Positions 1 to 9,153 of a DNA stretch of 42,838 nt are shown piece after piece; the first letter of the stretch is position 1, and every line of letters starts with the position of its first letter. The stretch is taken from positions 1-42,838 of the forward strand of contig JBHLLO010000021.1 of the NCBI GenBank assembly GCA_048885535.1, read 5' to 3'. The stretch is from Candidatus Hermodarchaeota archaeon. Lineage in GTDB: Archaea; Asgardarchaeota; Lokiarchaeia; Sigyniarchaeales; SOKP01. The position numbers were made by a program, and so were the translations under genes. The notes below the pieces were generated by a model that made no database searches, was not told where the DNA came from, and saw only the letters and a list, made by a program, of their open reading frames with translations.

Positions 1-429
1 TGAAATTGGATTTGCAGAAATTATTACACCAAAAGAAACTAAAATTGCTGAAAGCATACTTATTAAGGAGTGAAGTTGTCCTATCGGGGTAATATCAATG
101 CATTGGGGATCACATGGCAAAAATCCAACTAAAAACATAAAAATACCTCCCACTAAAAAAATTAAGGAAGCAATTGAACTTATAAGGTCATTCTCATAAA
201 AAATTTTTAGACCAATGCTAAATATCACAAAAAAGAACCCTAATAATGAAAATCCTGCATAATTCATTATATCTTTGAAAGGGGAATCAACAGCGCCGAT
301 CTCACTCATGCTAGTTGATATAGGGTTGTACCCGGGCCACATTAATCCAAGGATAGTCAAAATTGTAAAGAACAAAATGGGGCTAATAATTCCCGGAATA
401 ATCAATAATTTTTGAGTTACCTTTGCCAT
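1..429 (-). CDS. DUF998-like membrane protein (truncated at window edge)
   Basis: Not in ORF track. Read manually from ATG at 429: MAKVTQKLLIIPGIISPILFFTILTILGLMWPGYNPISTSMSEIGAVDSP...GFLPCDPQCIDITPIGQLH. PGY..MSEIGA and PCD..C....G.LH are typical of DUF998. Confidence 0.75.
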   Translation of the reverse strand, partial: MAKVTQKLLIIPGIISPILFFTILTILGLMWPGYNPISTSMSEIGAVDSPFKDIMNYAGFSLLGFFFVIFSIGLKIFYENDLISSIASLIFLVGGIFMFLVGFLPCDPQCIDITPIGQLHSLISMLSAILVSFGVIISANPIS

Positions 430-458
430 TTTACTACAACTTTTTAAAAGTTATGTAA

Positions 459-812
459 TTAAAAATATCCAATATGTCCCAAGTTATTTTTTTTCTCATC
501 TAATGCATATACTAATCCCATTGATAAGGGAGTTTCTTCATTGCTTTTTTTTGACTTCGCTACTTTTTTCAAAGTCTCGAACCTTAAAATAAATGTACCG
601 TTACATTTTTTGCATTTTATGTAAATATTTTTGATATGCTTATTTTCCTCATCATATTCTTCTTTTTTAATAGGTTCAAGTAATTTGGTATCTTTATTAT
701 CACAATTTTTCAAAAAACATTGATCCAGTGAGATTTTTTCCATCCCTCTGCGAGCGAGGGAAATATATGCATGAGTGGGTATCTCATATTTTAAATCTTC
801 TTCATCATTCAT
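459..812 (-). CDS. Hypothetical protein, probable zinc-binding (C-x4-C ... C-x2-C)
   Basis: 117-aa ORF with CFLKNC and CKKC; divergent from gatC. Confidence 0.7.
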   Translation of the reverse strand: MNDEEDLKYEIPTHAYISLARRGMEKISLDQCFLKNCDNKDTKLLEPIKKEEYDEENKHIKNIYIKCKKCNGTFILRFETLKKVAKSKKSNEETPLSMGLVYALDEKKNNLGHIGYF

Positions 813-965
813 ATTTTATGAAAATTTTGATTAATAAAAAATTCTTATCGTTATATTTTATAGAAACTGATATGAAATATATTTAATCTGAATATATTTA
901 CTTAAACTTATTTAATACTTAATACTACTTTATTTATATAATAAAATCAACATGCTATCCATAAA

Positions 966-1271
966 ATGTCCGAAAAAGAGGAGATTTCAAAACAAATCTT
1001 AGAATATATTTCAAAATTAGCATTACTCGATTTATCAGAAGATGAAAAAGAGAAATTATCCAAACAATTAAGTGATATTTTAAGTTATTTTGATAAATTA
1101 AAGGAATTAGATACTGAAAATGTACAACCAATGACACATCCAATAGAAGGTTTACATAATGTATTTCGAGAAGATGAACTAAGGGATTCTTTGACTCAGG
1201 AGGAGGTATTAAAAAACACTAAATATAAATTAAAGGGATTTTTTAAAGCTCCAAAGATACTAAAGGAATAA
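966..1271 (+). CDS. gatC: Asp-tRNA(Asn)/Glu-tRNA(Gln) amidotransferase subunit C
   Basis: ISKLALLDL..E, IL.YFDKLKELDTENVQPMTHP, NVFRED, GFFKAPKIL: typical GatC pattern and size. Confidence 0.92.
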   Translation: MSEKEEISKQILEYISKLALLDLSEDEKEKLSKQLSDILSYFDKLKELDTENVQPMTHPIEGLHNVFREDELRDSLTQEEVLKNTKYKLKGFFKAPKILKE

Positions 1272-1277
1272 ATATTT

Positions 1278-2276
1278 TTACTCTTTATAGTGTTCTGATA
1301 AAACCTTTATAGCTTCCTCCATATCCTTTAAAGCCTTTTTCCTTTCCTTAGGACTCATAGTATAAAAATCTTCTTCCAAGTCAACACCAATTTTTTGAGA
1401 TTCTGCAACAGGTTTGAATTTTTTATAGACTAGTGCATTTATGTAGCGTTCGTAATGACCTAAAGCTTTATTTAATTCGGAATTATCTTTAATTGTATCC
1501 CATAATTCTAGAGTTTCTAAGGATCGAATTCCTACATCTATTCGAAACCAACTAATAGGAAATAAGAATCTTTTCCTAATTCCATATTCAATGATCTTAA
1601 TATTTTCTTCATCTATATATAATTCAGGTAATTCTTCTTTGCTGAATACAATATTATCACTTATTATATAGAGATTTGCAGCATTTCTAGAGGTACAAAC
1701 TAATCCTACAGCAAAACCTTTTGCCAATCTTAGCCTATTGATCAAATCTTCTAAATTTGTTCCTTTTAAATGGACATTATGCTTTTTGTTGCCCTGGAAA
1801 TCTATTCTTATTTTTCTTATTCCTTGTTCGTCAAGGATATTAGGGAAAAGTTCTTTTTCTCTTGATTTTTTATGGGCTTCCATCAATTTATTAATAATAT
1901 TATAATCCAACTTTAAGCCAGGTATGACTGTAACATTAGTATCTAGAAAGGCATCGACCTCAAAATCTGCAATCCCATAAAATATTTTTCTATTATTTAT
2001 TATTTGGTAGATGGTCTTTATGATTGTGTCGACTAGAGCATCAGGATCTTCACGTATTGAATCGTATTCCGTGGTTGTAAATGTATCTATTTGATCTTCT
2101 AATCCTTTTTCTTCATAAAAAGCTGCCCATGACATTTCTGTGTAAATTAATCCTTCATTATAGAAATTATGAGTTCTATCAATGCTAACAATTAACTTCG
2201 AACCTCCAATTTCTACACCTTTTCTACTGCCAGATGCTAAAATTGCAGATGGCGGATTATAAAAATCTAATGACAA
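1278..2276 (-). CDS. Hypothetical protein (332 aa), TTG start
   Basis: Long ORF with protein-like composition; no family recognised; possible internal repeat. Confidence 0.75.
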   Translation of the reverse strand: MSLDFYNPPSAILASGSRKGVEIGGSKLIVSIDRTHNFYNEGLIYTEMSWAAFYEEKGLEDQIDTFTTTEYDSIREDPDALVDTIIKTIYQIINNRKIFYGIADFEVDAFLDTNVTVIPGLKLDYNIINKLMEAHKKSREKELFPNILDEQGIRKIRIDFQGNKKHNVHLKGTNLEDLINRLRLAKGFAVGLVCTSRNAANLYIISDNIVFSKEELPELYIDEENIKIIEYGIRKRFLFPISWFRIDVGIRSLETLELWDTIKDNSELNKALGHYERYINALVYKKFKPVAESQKIGVDLEEDFYTMSPKERKKALKDMEEAIKVLSEHYKE

Positions 2277-2427
2277 TTAGAAGAATCACGAATTATATTT
2301 TATATATTTTAGATGCTAATAATAATAGGATAAAAATTATATAAAAAATTAGTGAATTACAAAATCTTACTTTTTCAATTTTGGTATTATAACTGATTAT
2401 AAATCTAAATACATATAATAAAAGGAG

Positions 2428-5052
2428 TTATTTTAGAGGAAGGTTGACAAAAAAAGTAGTACCCTTAGATTTTCCTCCAGATTCCACCCAGATTTTACCA
2501 TCGTGTAGTTCCACAATTTCTTTAGCTATATGGAGTCCTAAACCGGTACCATCCTCATATCTTTCAAGATTATTACCAAAGGATTTCCGTATTTTACTGA
2601 ACTTTTTAAAAAGTTTTTCCATTTCATCCTTCCTCAACCCTATTCCTGTATCCTTTACTGAAATTTGAGCAAACTTATTCAATTTTTCCACTTTTACAGT
2701 TATTTCTCCACCATTTGGAGTATATTTAATAGCATTTGATAATAAATTACTCAATACTAATTCCATCCTTGATTCATCAATGTTAATTATTAAGGATTTT
2801 GGAAGAATTAAATTATGAGTTTGTACTTTTGATTTCATTAAAAACTCTAGTTCACTAACACATTTCCTTACTAATTGGATTAAATCTATATCTCCTTTTT
2901 CAAGTTTAAGTACTTTTGATTCTAAATGAGATAAATCCAGTAAATCATCTACTAATTTCTTTAACTTTTTAGTGCCAGAGAAAGCCATTTCAAAAATTTC
3001 AATAACATCTTTATGTAATTTTTGCTTATGGAATTGATCTATTAGTTGATATGCTCCGTAGATCGTAGTTATAGGCGTTTTCAATTCATGGGATGCTCTA
3101 TCAATGAATTCTTTTCTAATTTTATCTAATTCATATAGTTTCTTTTCTGCTTCTTTCTTCTCAGAAATATTATAACCCATAGTAATAAAAAACTTCTCAT
3201 TACCCATTTTTACTAATGTAGATTCAAAATTTATCCAAATTATCGTACCGTCTTTCTTGTAGACTTGTATATCAATAGGAGGGAGCATTTGACCTTCTCT
3301 AATCTTTTTAAGTCTTTCCTGAAGTATTGGCACATGTTCTTTAAGAACAATGGGAAGATTGATATAATTTTTTCCTATTAAATCACTTTTATCATAACCA
3401 AATAGCTTTGTTAATGTAGGGTTACAATCTATGATTATACCATTTGTATTTATTAAAAGTATTGAAAATGGAGCTTTCTCAAATAATATTCTATATTTTT
3501 CCTCTGAATCTCTTAATAGATCTTGAGTTTTTTTCCTTTCACTAATGTCCATGAAAGAAATTAGGAAAGCAGGTTTTTTCTGGAATGTTATCTTTCGATA
3601 ATAAACTTCTAACCATATAATTTCTCCATTTTTTTTAATTCCTCGTGCTTCATAAAATCTTATGCCATCTGGAAATTCTTGATCTGCTTTTGTAGCTAAT
3701 TCTATAACTTTTTTCTTATCTTCGGGATGTATTGCTTTAAAAAATTCATTTTGTTTCCAATCCAATATTTCTTTAATACTATAACCTAATAAATTGGCAA
3801 GAGTACGATTCACATATTTGACAAATTCATCTTGAATAAGGCAGATGCCTAATAATGATTGTTCAGATATTGTTCTGAACTTTTCTTCTGATTCTTTTGT
3901 TCTTTCTTGATTAAATCTCATATCTGTTATATCATGTATGATACTTCTTACTCCAATAACTTCGTTATCTTTAAATATTCGTTTACCATGGATTTCTGCA
4001 TAAAAAAAAGTTCCATCTTTCTTCCTTAATTGTACGACAAGCGGATCTACATATTCTCCTTTTTTAAGGACTTCGATGTTTTCTAAAACGAAATCCTTAT
4101 CCTCATGCTTTATAAAGTGGAAAATTTTTAATCCCTTCTTAAAATCCTCTTCTGAATACCCAAATACTTTATTAGCAGCTGAATTAGCATATATTACATT
4201 AAAATCTAAGTCGATTTCAAAAACAACTTCAGGTAAAGAATCAGCTAAGTTCTGAAATCTATCCTTAGATTCCTTTAATTTTTTAATATATTTAACCTTC
4301 TCACTTACATCTCTTCCAATTATAAGGACTTTTAAATCTCCACTCTCTGTTTTACTAACTTTACCATTACATTCAACCCAAATGTAATTTCCATTCTTAT
4401 GTTTTATTCTTACTTCAACAGAACCTTCTCCAACTTTCATTGTTTCTTGAAAAGCTAGTAAAATACGCTCACGATCTTCAGGATGTACAAATTTTAATCC
4501 ATTAAGTCCGACAACATCTTCGTTACTATAACCTGTTATTTTTTGGTGGACTTTTTCGTTTATATATTCAATCTCATTTTTAGAATCTAATACTATGATT
4601 AAATCATTTGCATTTTCAGATATCAATCTGTATTTTCTTTCTGAATTTTCTAATTTTTGTACCAGTTCTTTTCTACTTGTTATATCTTGTGTTATAAATT
4701 GAATAAAGAATTGATCTCCAACCTTGACTAATGATGCAACAACATTTATCCAAAATTTATTGCCTGCTTTGTCCTTCATTAGTATATCTTTGGGACCAAA
4801 AATTTTCCCTTCTTTAAGATTTTTAAAAATTTCAACAAATTTATGGAGGTCTCCACAAAATATTATTGGTATATCCATGAAGTTTTTCCCGATTAAATCA
4901 TCTCTATTCATTCTTACTAATTCTTCAGTTGCAGAGTTTATTTCAACTATATTGCCATTTAAGTCCAATAGGGCCATTGAAATAGGACTTGTTTCAAAAA
5001 AGTATTTATAATTTTCAAATAACGTTTTGTTATCTATAGAATTGTTATTCAT
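2428..5052 (-). CDS. Soluble sensor histidine kinase with five PAS/PAC domains
   Basis: Five PAS starts (YFFETSP, YRLISENAND, FQNLADSLPE, FRTISEQSLL, YRILFEKAPF), each ending in a D(I/V)(T/S)-like motif; H-box SHELKTP, N-box NLLSNAIKY, G1 DTGIG, G2 GTGLGL. No TM segment. ATG at 5052 preferred over TTG at 5061. Confidence 0.93.
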   Translation of the reverse strand: MNNNSIDNKTLFENYKYFFETSPISMALLDLNGNIVEINSATEELVRMNRDDLIGKNFMDIPIIFCGDLHKFVEIFKNLKEGKIFGPKDILMKDKAGNKFWINVVASLVKVGDQFFIQFITQDITSRKELVQKLENSERKYRLISENANDLIIVLDSKNEIEYINEKVHQKITGYSNEDVVGLNGLKFVHPEDRERILLAFQETMKVGEGSVEVRIKHKNGNYIWVECNGKVSKTESGDLKVLIIGRDVSEKVKYIKKLKESKDRFQNLADSLPEVVFEIDLDFNVIYANSAANKVFGYSEEDFKKGLKIFHFIKHEDKDFVLENIEVLKKGEYVDPLVVQLRKKDGTFFYAEIHGKRIFKDNEVIGVRSIIHDITDMRFNQERTKESEEKFRTISEQSLLGICLIQDEFVKYVNRTLANLLGYSIKEILDWKQNEFFKAIHPEDKKKVIELATKADQEFPDGIRFYEARGIKKNGEIIWLEVYYRKITFQKKPAFLISFMDISERKKTQDLLRDSEEKYRILFEKAPFSILLINTNGIIIDCNPTLTKLFGYDKSDLIGKNYINLPIVLKEHVPILQERLKKIREGQMLPPIDIQVYKKDGTIIWINFESTLVKMGNEKFFITMGYNISEKKEAEKKLYELDKIRKEFIDRASHELKTPITTIYGAYQLIDQFHKQKLHKDVIEIFEMAFSGTKKLKKLVDDLLDLSHLESKVLKLEKGDIDLIQLVRKCVSELEFLMKSKVQTHNLILPKSLIINIDESRMELVLSNLLSNAIKYTPNGGEITVKVEKLNKFAQISVKDTGIGLRKDEMEKLFKKFSKIRKSFGNNLERYEDGTGLGLHIAKEIVELHDGKIWVESGGKSKGTTFFVNLPLK

Positions 5053-5229
5053 ATGTATCAAATTTTAAGTTTTTTAGTTCTTTACAAGGCTATAATAATA
5101 TTTCTTTAATTAATTATGAATATAATTGTATTATAATTTTTTCTTAATAGCCAATGTTCGTTCTACAAGCAAATATTTCCTAACTTTTTATTAACAGATT
5201 TAATAATTTTTACAAATAAAGAAAAAAGT

Positions 5230-6747
5230 TCACTCTTTACCCACTTTCTCTAAATATTCTGAATAATGAGTAAGAATAGCCAAACACTTTGGAGGAAAAT
5301 CCCATAGTTCGAAAATGGGAACATCAAATGAATTAAACTTCTGATATAAAGCGTACTTATAAGGATATGGTCCAGCATAAAATACAGGTATGGAATACTT
5401 TCTCATTAAACGTTTAATGGGTTTTAATACAGCATTCTCGATTATAAGATTTACATTTTTCATCTTTTCATCGATCTCCATGCCAGAGCTTTCCATGATA
5501 CTTAAAATGTCATCAAAATCAAATACACCATATACTATTATACTGTCAATTTCCCTAGACTTCATTAAAATCTTTGGAAACTTATAAGAGAGATTTATAA
5601 AGTTAATATCAAATGTTACATCTATGGGATTGCTAGCACTGGCAGTAGGAGGAATAAGTTCTAAGATTTCATTTTTTAGATCATCTGAAAATTCAGGTAC
5701 TTCCAACCCGTATAACTCTAACATCTTAGCCATCATACTACCACTCCCGCCTGAATCGGTCACAATTGCTACTTTCTTTCCTTTAGGTAGAACTTGATTA
5801 CTCTTTGCAAAAGAAAGAGTTCTAAGATAATGTAGAAATTCCGTTATTAAATCTGTGGAAATAATACCTGTTTCTCTAAATACTGAGTTAAATATTTTTT
5901 GATTTCCTGTTATTGATCCTGTATGGCTCATTATAGATCTAATTGCTGCTTTAGTCCCTCCTGCGTATATAGCTACTATTGGCTTAATGGGGGTTATTTC
6001 TTTAGCTAGCTTAATGAAATCTTTTCCCCTTTTTATTTCCTCGATGTATAATCCTATTACTTCTGTCTGTGGATCGTGTTTCAAATATTCAAGACAATCA
6101 ACAATATCAATATTTTGCTCATTTCCAACTGAAATTGACTTACTAATCTTAAGACCCATTTCTTTTGCGTGCCAAAAAGTTTGGGCAGCAATTGTACCAG
6201 ATTGGCTTACTAATGACACATTTCCTCTTTGGGGAATAGCATAAGGCCAAAAAGTGTTAAAATACATATTTTTTTTATCTGGATATCCATACCAGCCGTT
6301 ATAAACACCTAAACAATTTGGACCGAGAAATCTCATGTCATACTTTTGTGCTATTAGATCAATCTTTTCGGATAATTCTCTTCCAATGGATCCACTTTCT
6401 CGAAAACCTCCAGATGTTATTAAAAGGTTTTTTATTCCTTTTTGACCGCATTCCTCCATAACTTGGGGGATTACGTTGGTAGGTAAAATTAAGAATGCAA
6501 GATCTGGTATTAAAGGTAGATTTATTACTGATCTATACGCTTTATAGCCTTGAATAACATCCAATCTAGGATGAATTGGATAAATTCCATTATCAAAACC
6601 TTTTCCAGCGCGTATATTCCTAAGTTGCATCGAACCCATTGTAGTTAATAAGTTATTATTAGCTCCAAATATCACAATAGTTTTTGGGTTTAAGATAGGA
6701 TAGAGAAAATGATCATTATATGGAACTTTTTTATTGTTTTGGGACAA
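5230..6747 (-). CDS. NDP-forming acyl-CoA synthetase alpha subunit (CoA-binding protein)
   Basis: GPNCLG, SQSG, S.GN..DI, phospho-His motif SHTGS, NPIDVT; no ATP-grasp beta domain. TTG start. Confidence 0.88.
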   Translation of the reverse strand: MSQNNKKVPYNDHFLYPILNPKTIVIFGANNNLLTTMGSMQLRNIRAGKGFDNGIYPIHPRLDVIQGYKAYRSVINLPLIPDLAFLILPTNVIPQVMEECGQKGIKNLLITSGGFRESGSIGRELSEKIDLIAQKYDMRFLGPNCLGVYNGWYGYPDKKNMYFNTFWPYAIPQRGNVSLVSQSGTIAAQTFWHAKEMGLKISKSISVGNEQNIDIVDCLEYLKHDPQTEVIGLYIEEIKRGKDFIKLAKEITPIKPIVAIYAGGTKAAIRSIMSHTGSITGNQKIFNSVFRETGIISTDLITEFLHYLRTLSFAKSNQVLPKGKKVAIVTDSGGSGSMMAKMLELYGLEVPEFSDDLKNEILELIPPTASASNPIDVTFDINFINLSYKFPKILMKSREIDSIIVYGVFDFDDILSIMESSGMEIDEKMKNVNLIIENAVLKPIKRLMRKYSIPVFYAGPYPYKYALYQKFNSFDVPIFELWDFPPKCLAILTHYSEYLEKVGKE

Positions 6748-6918
6748 ATTTTATGCCTAAATGTGTATTATTGAAAGATTTTTAAAAGCAATGATTTAAT
6801 GAATGAAGCTAGAAATTTGAATTTTTTTAAAAGTTACAGTTTTTAATTTTTGAATTTAGAAAGTAAGTAAAAGTATAAGGAAAATGATATTTCAATTATT
6901 TCGAAACTTAATGAATCT

Positions 6919-7431
6919 TCACAATTTACCAGTAGAACCAAATCCTCCTAAACCTCTTTCTGATGAGGGTAATTCTTTGGTTTCTATAACTTGATAATCG
7001 TAACTTTTACTTAATATTATTTGACATATTCGATCTCCTTTTTTCAAAGTTACCTCCTTATTTGAAAGATTCACAACAATAGCCATCCATTCATTTCTAT
7101 ATCCAGAGTCGATTGTTCCGGGGCTATTAACGATTGAAATACCCTCCCATAATGCTAATCCACTACGAGGTACTACCTTAAAATAATACCCTTCTGGAAT
7201 AGCTGTAGCAAAACCTAACGGGCATGCAATTCTCTCTAAGGGTTTTAGTGTATACGAATCAGAATTAATGTTAATTAATTCTTTTCTTTCACCGTTTTTT
7301 ATTATCTTTTTAAACCCATAGATTCGAGCATCAGCACCAGCATCTCCAAGATTTGATGGTTTAGGAAGTATCACGTTATCTCTTAATTTTTTAAAAGGAA
7401 TAAGTATTTTATTATTATCTGTCTGGTTCAT
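6919..7431 (-). CDS. dut: Trimeric dUTP diphosphatase
   Basis: All five motifs present: AGAD, RSG, GTIDSGYRNE, GDRICQ, RGLGGFGSTG. Confidence 0.93.
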   Translation of the reverse strand: MNQTDNNKILIPFKKLRDNVILPKPSNLGDAGADARIYGFKKIIKNGERKELININSDSYTLKPLERIACPLGFATAIPEGYYFKVVPRSGLALWEGISIVNSPGTIDSGYRNEWMAIVVNLSNKEVTLKKGDRICQIILSKSYDYQVIETKELPSSERGLGGFGSTGKL

Positions 7432-7572
7432 TATATCTCATTTGTTATTTAATTATAAAAAAAAATTTCTATTAAAGTAAAATTAAATTGTATTACAAAA
7501 TAATCTTATAAAAACATCATTCATTTAAAAAAATATCAATTGGTTTATTACTAAGTTCTGAGTGGTTATATT

Positions 7573-8025
7573 ATGATCATAGAAAGGTACGACCCGCGAT
7601 TAGATAAAGATGAACTAAAAGAAATCTTTGAGGATTTTATTGAAAATAAATCTCATTTCTATTCACATTGGGAGAAATTTGAAAAAGAATTAAATAAACG
7701 TAGTCTTGATCTCCAATACAGGAATTCAATGATTGTTGCTAAAGAGAACGGAAGAATTGTTGGGTGGGGTATGTATACATCTTTTATAGATTATTTGGGC
7801 AATGAAAGAGCGTTGATTCATCAAATTTTAACAAAAAAAGAAGATTCTTATAAGAAAGGTATTGAGGAAAATATTATCCGTGAACTTCAAAGATATATTA
7901 AAAAAACTTTAAAGCATAATAATGTCTTTTTTATTTGTCCTGATTCAGATTCTTCATTAAGGAGTGTTCTACTAAAGATAGGAGCGAAAAAATCTGAAGA
8001 TATATGGTATGAAAATAAGATTTAG
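7573..8025 (+). CDS. GNAT-fold protein (putative acetyltransferase)
   Basis: MIVAKENGRIVGWG strand pair, degenerate YKKGI acetyl-CoA loop, C-terminal LLKIG. Confidence 0.65.
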   Translation: MIIERYDPRLDKDELKEIFEDFIENKSHFYSHWEKFEKELNKRSLDLQYRNSMIVAKENGRIVGWGMYTSFIDYLGNERALIHQILTKKEDSYKKGIEENIIRELQRYIKKTLKHNNVFFICPDSDSSLRSVLLKIGAKKSEDIWYENKI

Positions 8026-8065
8026 TAGTGTTTTACTAATATCTAGTTTAATTTATAACAATAAA

Positions 8066-8081
8066 GAGAAAAAAAAATTAA
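8066..8081 (-). terminator. Oligo-T tract, probable archaeal terminator for the dodecin transcript
   Basis: A9 run at 8069-8077 on + (T9 on -), about 115 nt after the dodecin stop. Confidence 0.45.
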
Positions 8082-8195
8082 TTAAGCATGTTTTAGCCCA
8101 AAACAACTTTTTCCATCGCGCAGAATTTTCCCTTTGGGGATGATATTTTTCTGATGTATTGGTTTGGGGTGCTTTAATTCGCCAAAACCTCTGAA

Positions 8196-8402
8196 TCATC
8201 GCTCGATTTGGAAATTAATTTGTACACGAACGCGGTAAATTAATTTGTCTTGGTCTTCTTTTACTTTTACATCGCTTTCAATAATTTGAATATTCCTTAT
8301 GCCTCTTAGGCTTTTCTTAGCTTCTTCATAAGCATTTTTTACAGCTTCAGCCCAATTTTTTTCACTCGTAGCTACGAGTTGAATTGATTTATAAACTGGC
8401 AT
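8196..8402 (-). CDS. Dodecin family flavin-binding protein
   Basis: VYK.I.LVATS..NW.EAV.NA..EA.KSLRGIR ... YRVRV.I.F; 68 aa; SD-like AAGGTGG upstream. Confidence 0.9.
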   Translation of the reverse strand: MPVYKSIQLVATSEKNWAEAVKNAYEEAKKSLRGIRNIQIIESDVKVKEDQDKLIYRVRVQINFQIER

Positions 8403-8600
8403 TTAAATTCCACCTTTATTATTAAATAAAATTTCTGATTTCTTGTGTAAGTCTTAATGTAATAGTTTTATATTTAAACATTACGATAATTTGATTAAAA
8501 TTAGTTATTAAGATATGAAAACCCTTTAAGAAGAATTAATCGCATAAAAAAATTAATGAATATATAAGCCATCAATAATTCAATTCTATGAGTAAAGATC

Positions 8601-9128
8601 TTGTCACAAGAAGAAGAGTTTATTGAAAAGGCAATCAAATTTAAACGTGAAGAAAAATTTGAGGACGCTTTAGATATTTTAAAAGCACTTCTAAAAAGAA
8701 ACCCTCAATCTATTAATGCTAAAGTTGCCTTTATAGAAGTATTATTTGAGTATGGTATTTATCTAAATGACGAATGGGTTTTGGAATATGCTAAAGCTGA
8801 AGAATGTTTTAAAAAAGTAATCGTGTTGGCTCCTGAGAATTACCGAGCATGGTATAACTTAGGAATAGCATATTTCAATCAAAACAAAATGGATGAGGCT
8901 TTGAATGCTTACAACAGAGCAATAGAGATAAAACCAGAGTATTTTTATATCTATTATAATATCGGATTAATTTATGAATTTAACAAAAAAGATTTATACA
9001 AGGCATTGCAATATTACGAAAAGGCTTTAAGTTATAATAATGATTTTGTCTATGCAATTCAGGCTAAAAATATCGTAAAGAAGAAATTGGAAATGTTTAA
9101 ACAAAATGAGGATGGAAGAGTAAAATAA
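8601..9128 (+). CDS. Tetratricopeptide repeat protein
   Basis: AWYNLGIAY...EALNAYNRAIEIKP; IYYNIGLIY...KALQYYEKALSYN. TTG start. Confidence 0.9.
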   Translation: MSQEEEFIEKAIKFKREEKFEDALDILKALLKRNPQSINAKVAFIEVLFEYGIYLNDEWVLEYAKAEECFKKVIVLAPENYRAWYNLGIAYFNQNKMDEALNAYNRAIEIKPEYFYIYYNIGLIYEFNKKDLYKALQYYEKALSYNNDFVYAIQAKNIVKKKLEMFKQNEDGRVK

Positions 9129-9153
9129 AAAAATAAAAAAACAAAAAAAAAGA

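Noticed and set aside
8139-8194. C/D-box sRNA on + strand (ATGATA...CTGA...CTGA)
   Set aside because: The C box is imperfect, the guide spacing is wrong and there is no C' box.
8190-8402. Dodecin as a selenoprotein
   Set aside because: The UGA falls at the normal dodecin C-terminus, there is no Cys-aligned position and no clear SECIS core. It is kept only as a general read-through possibility.
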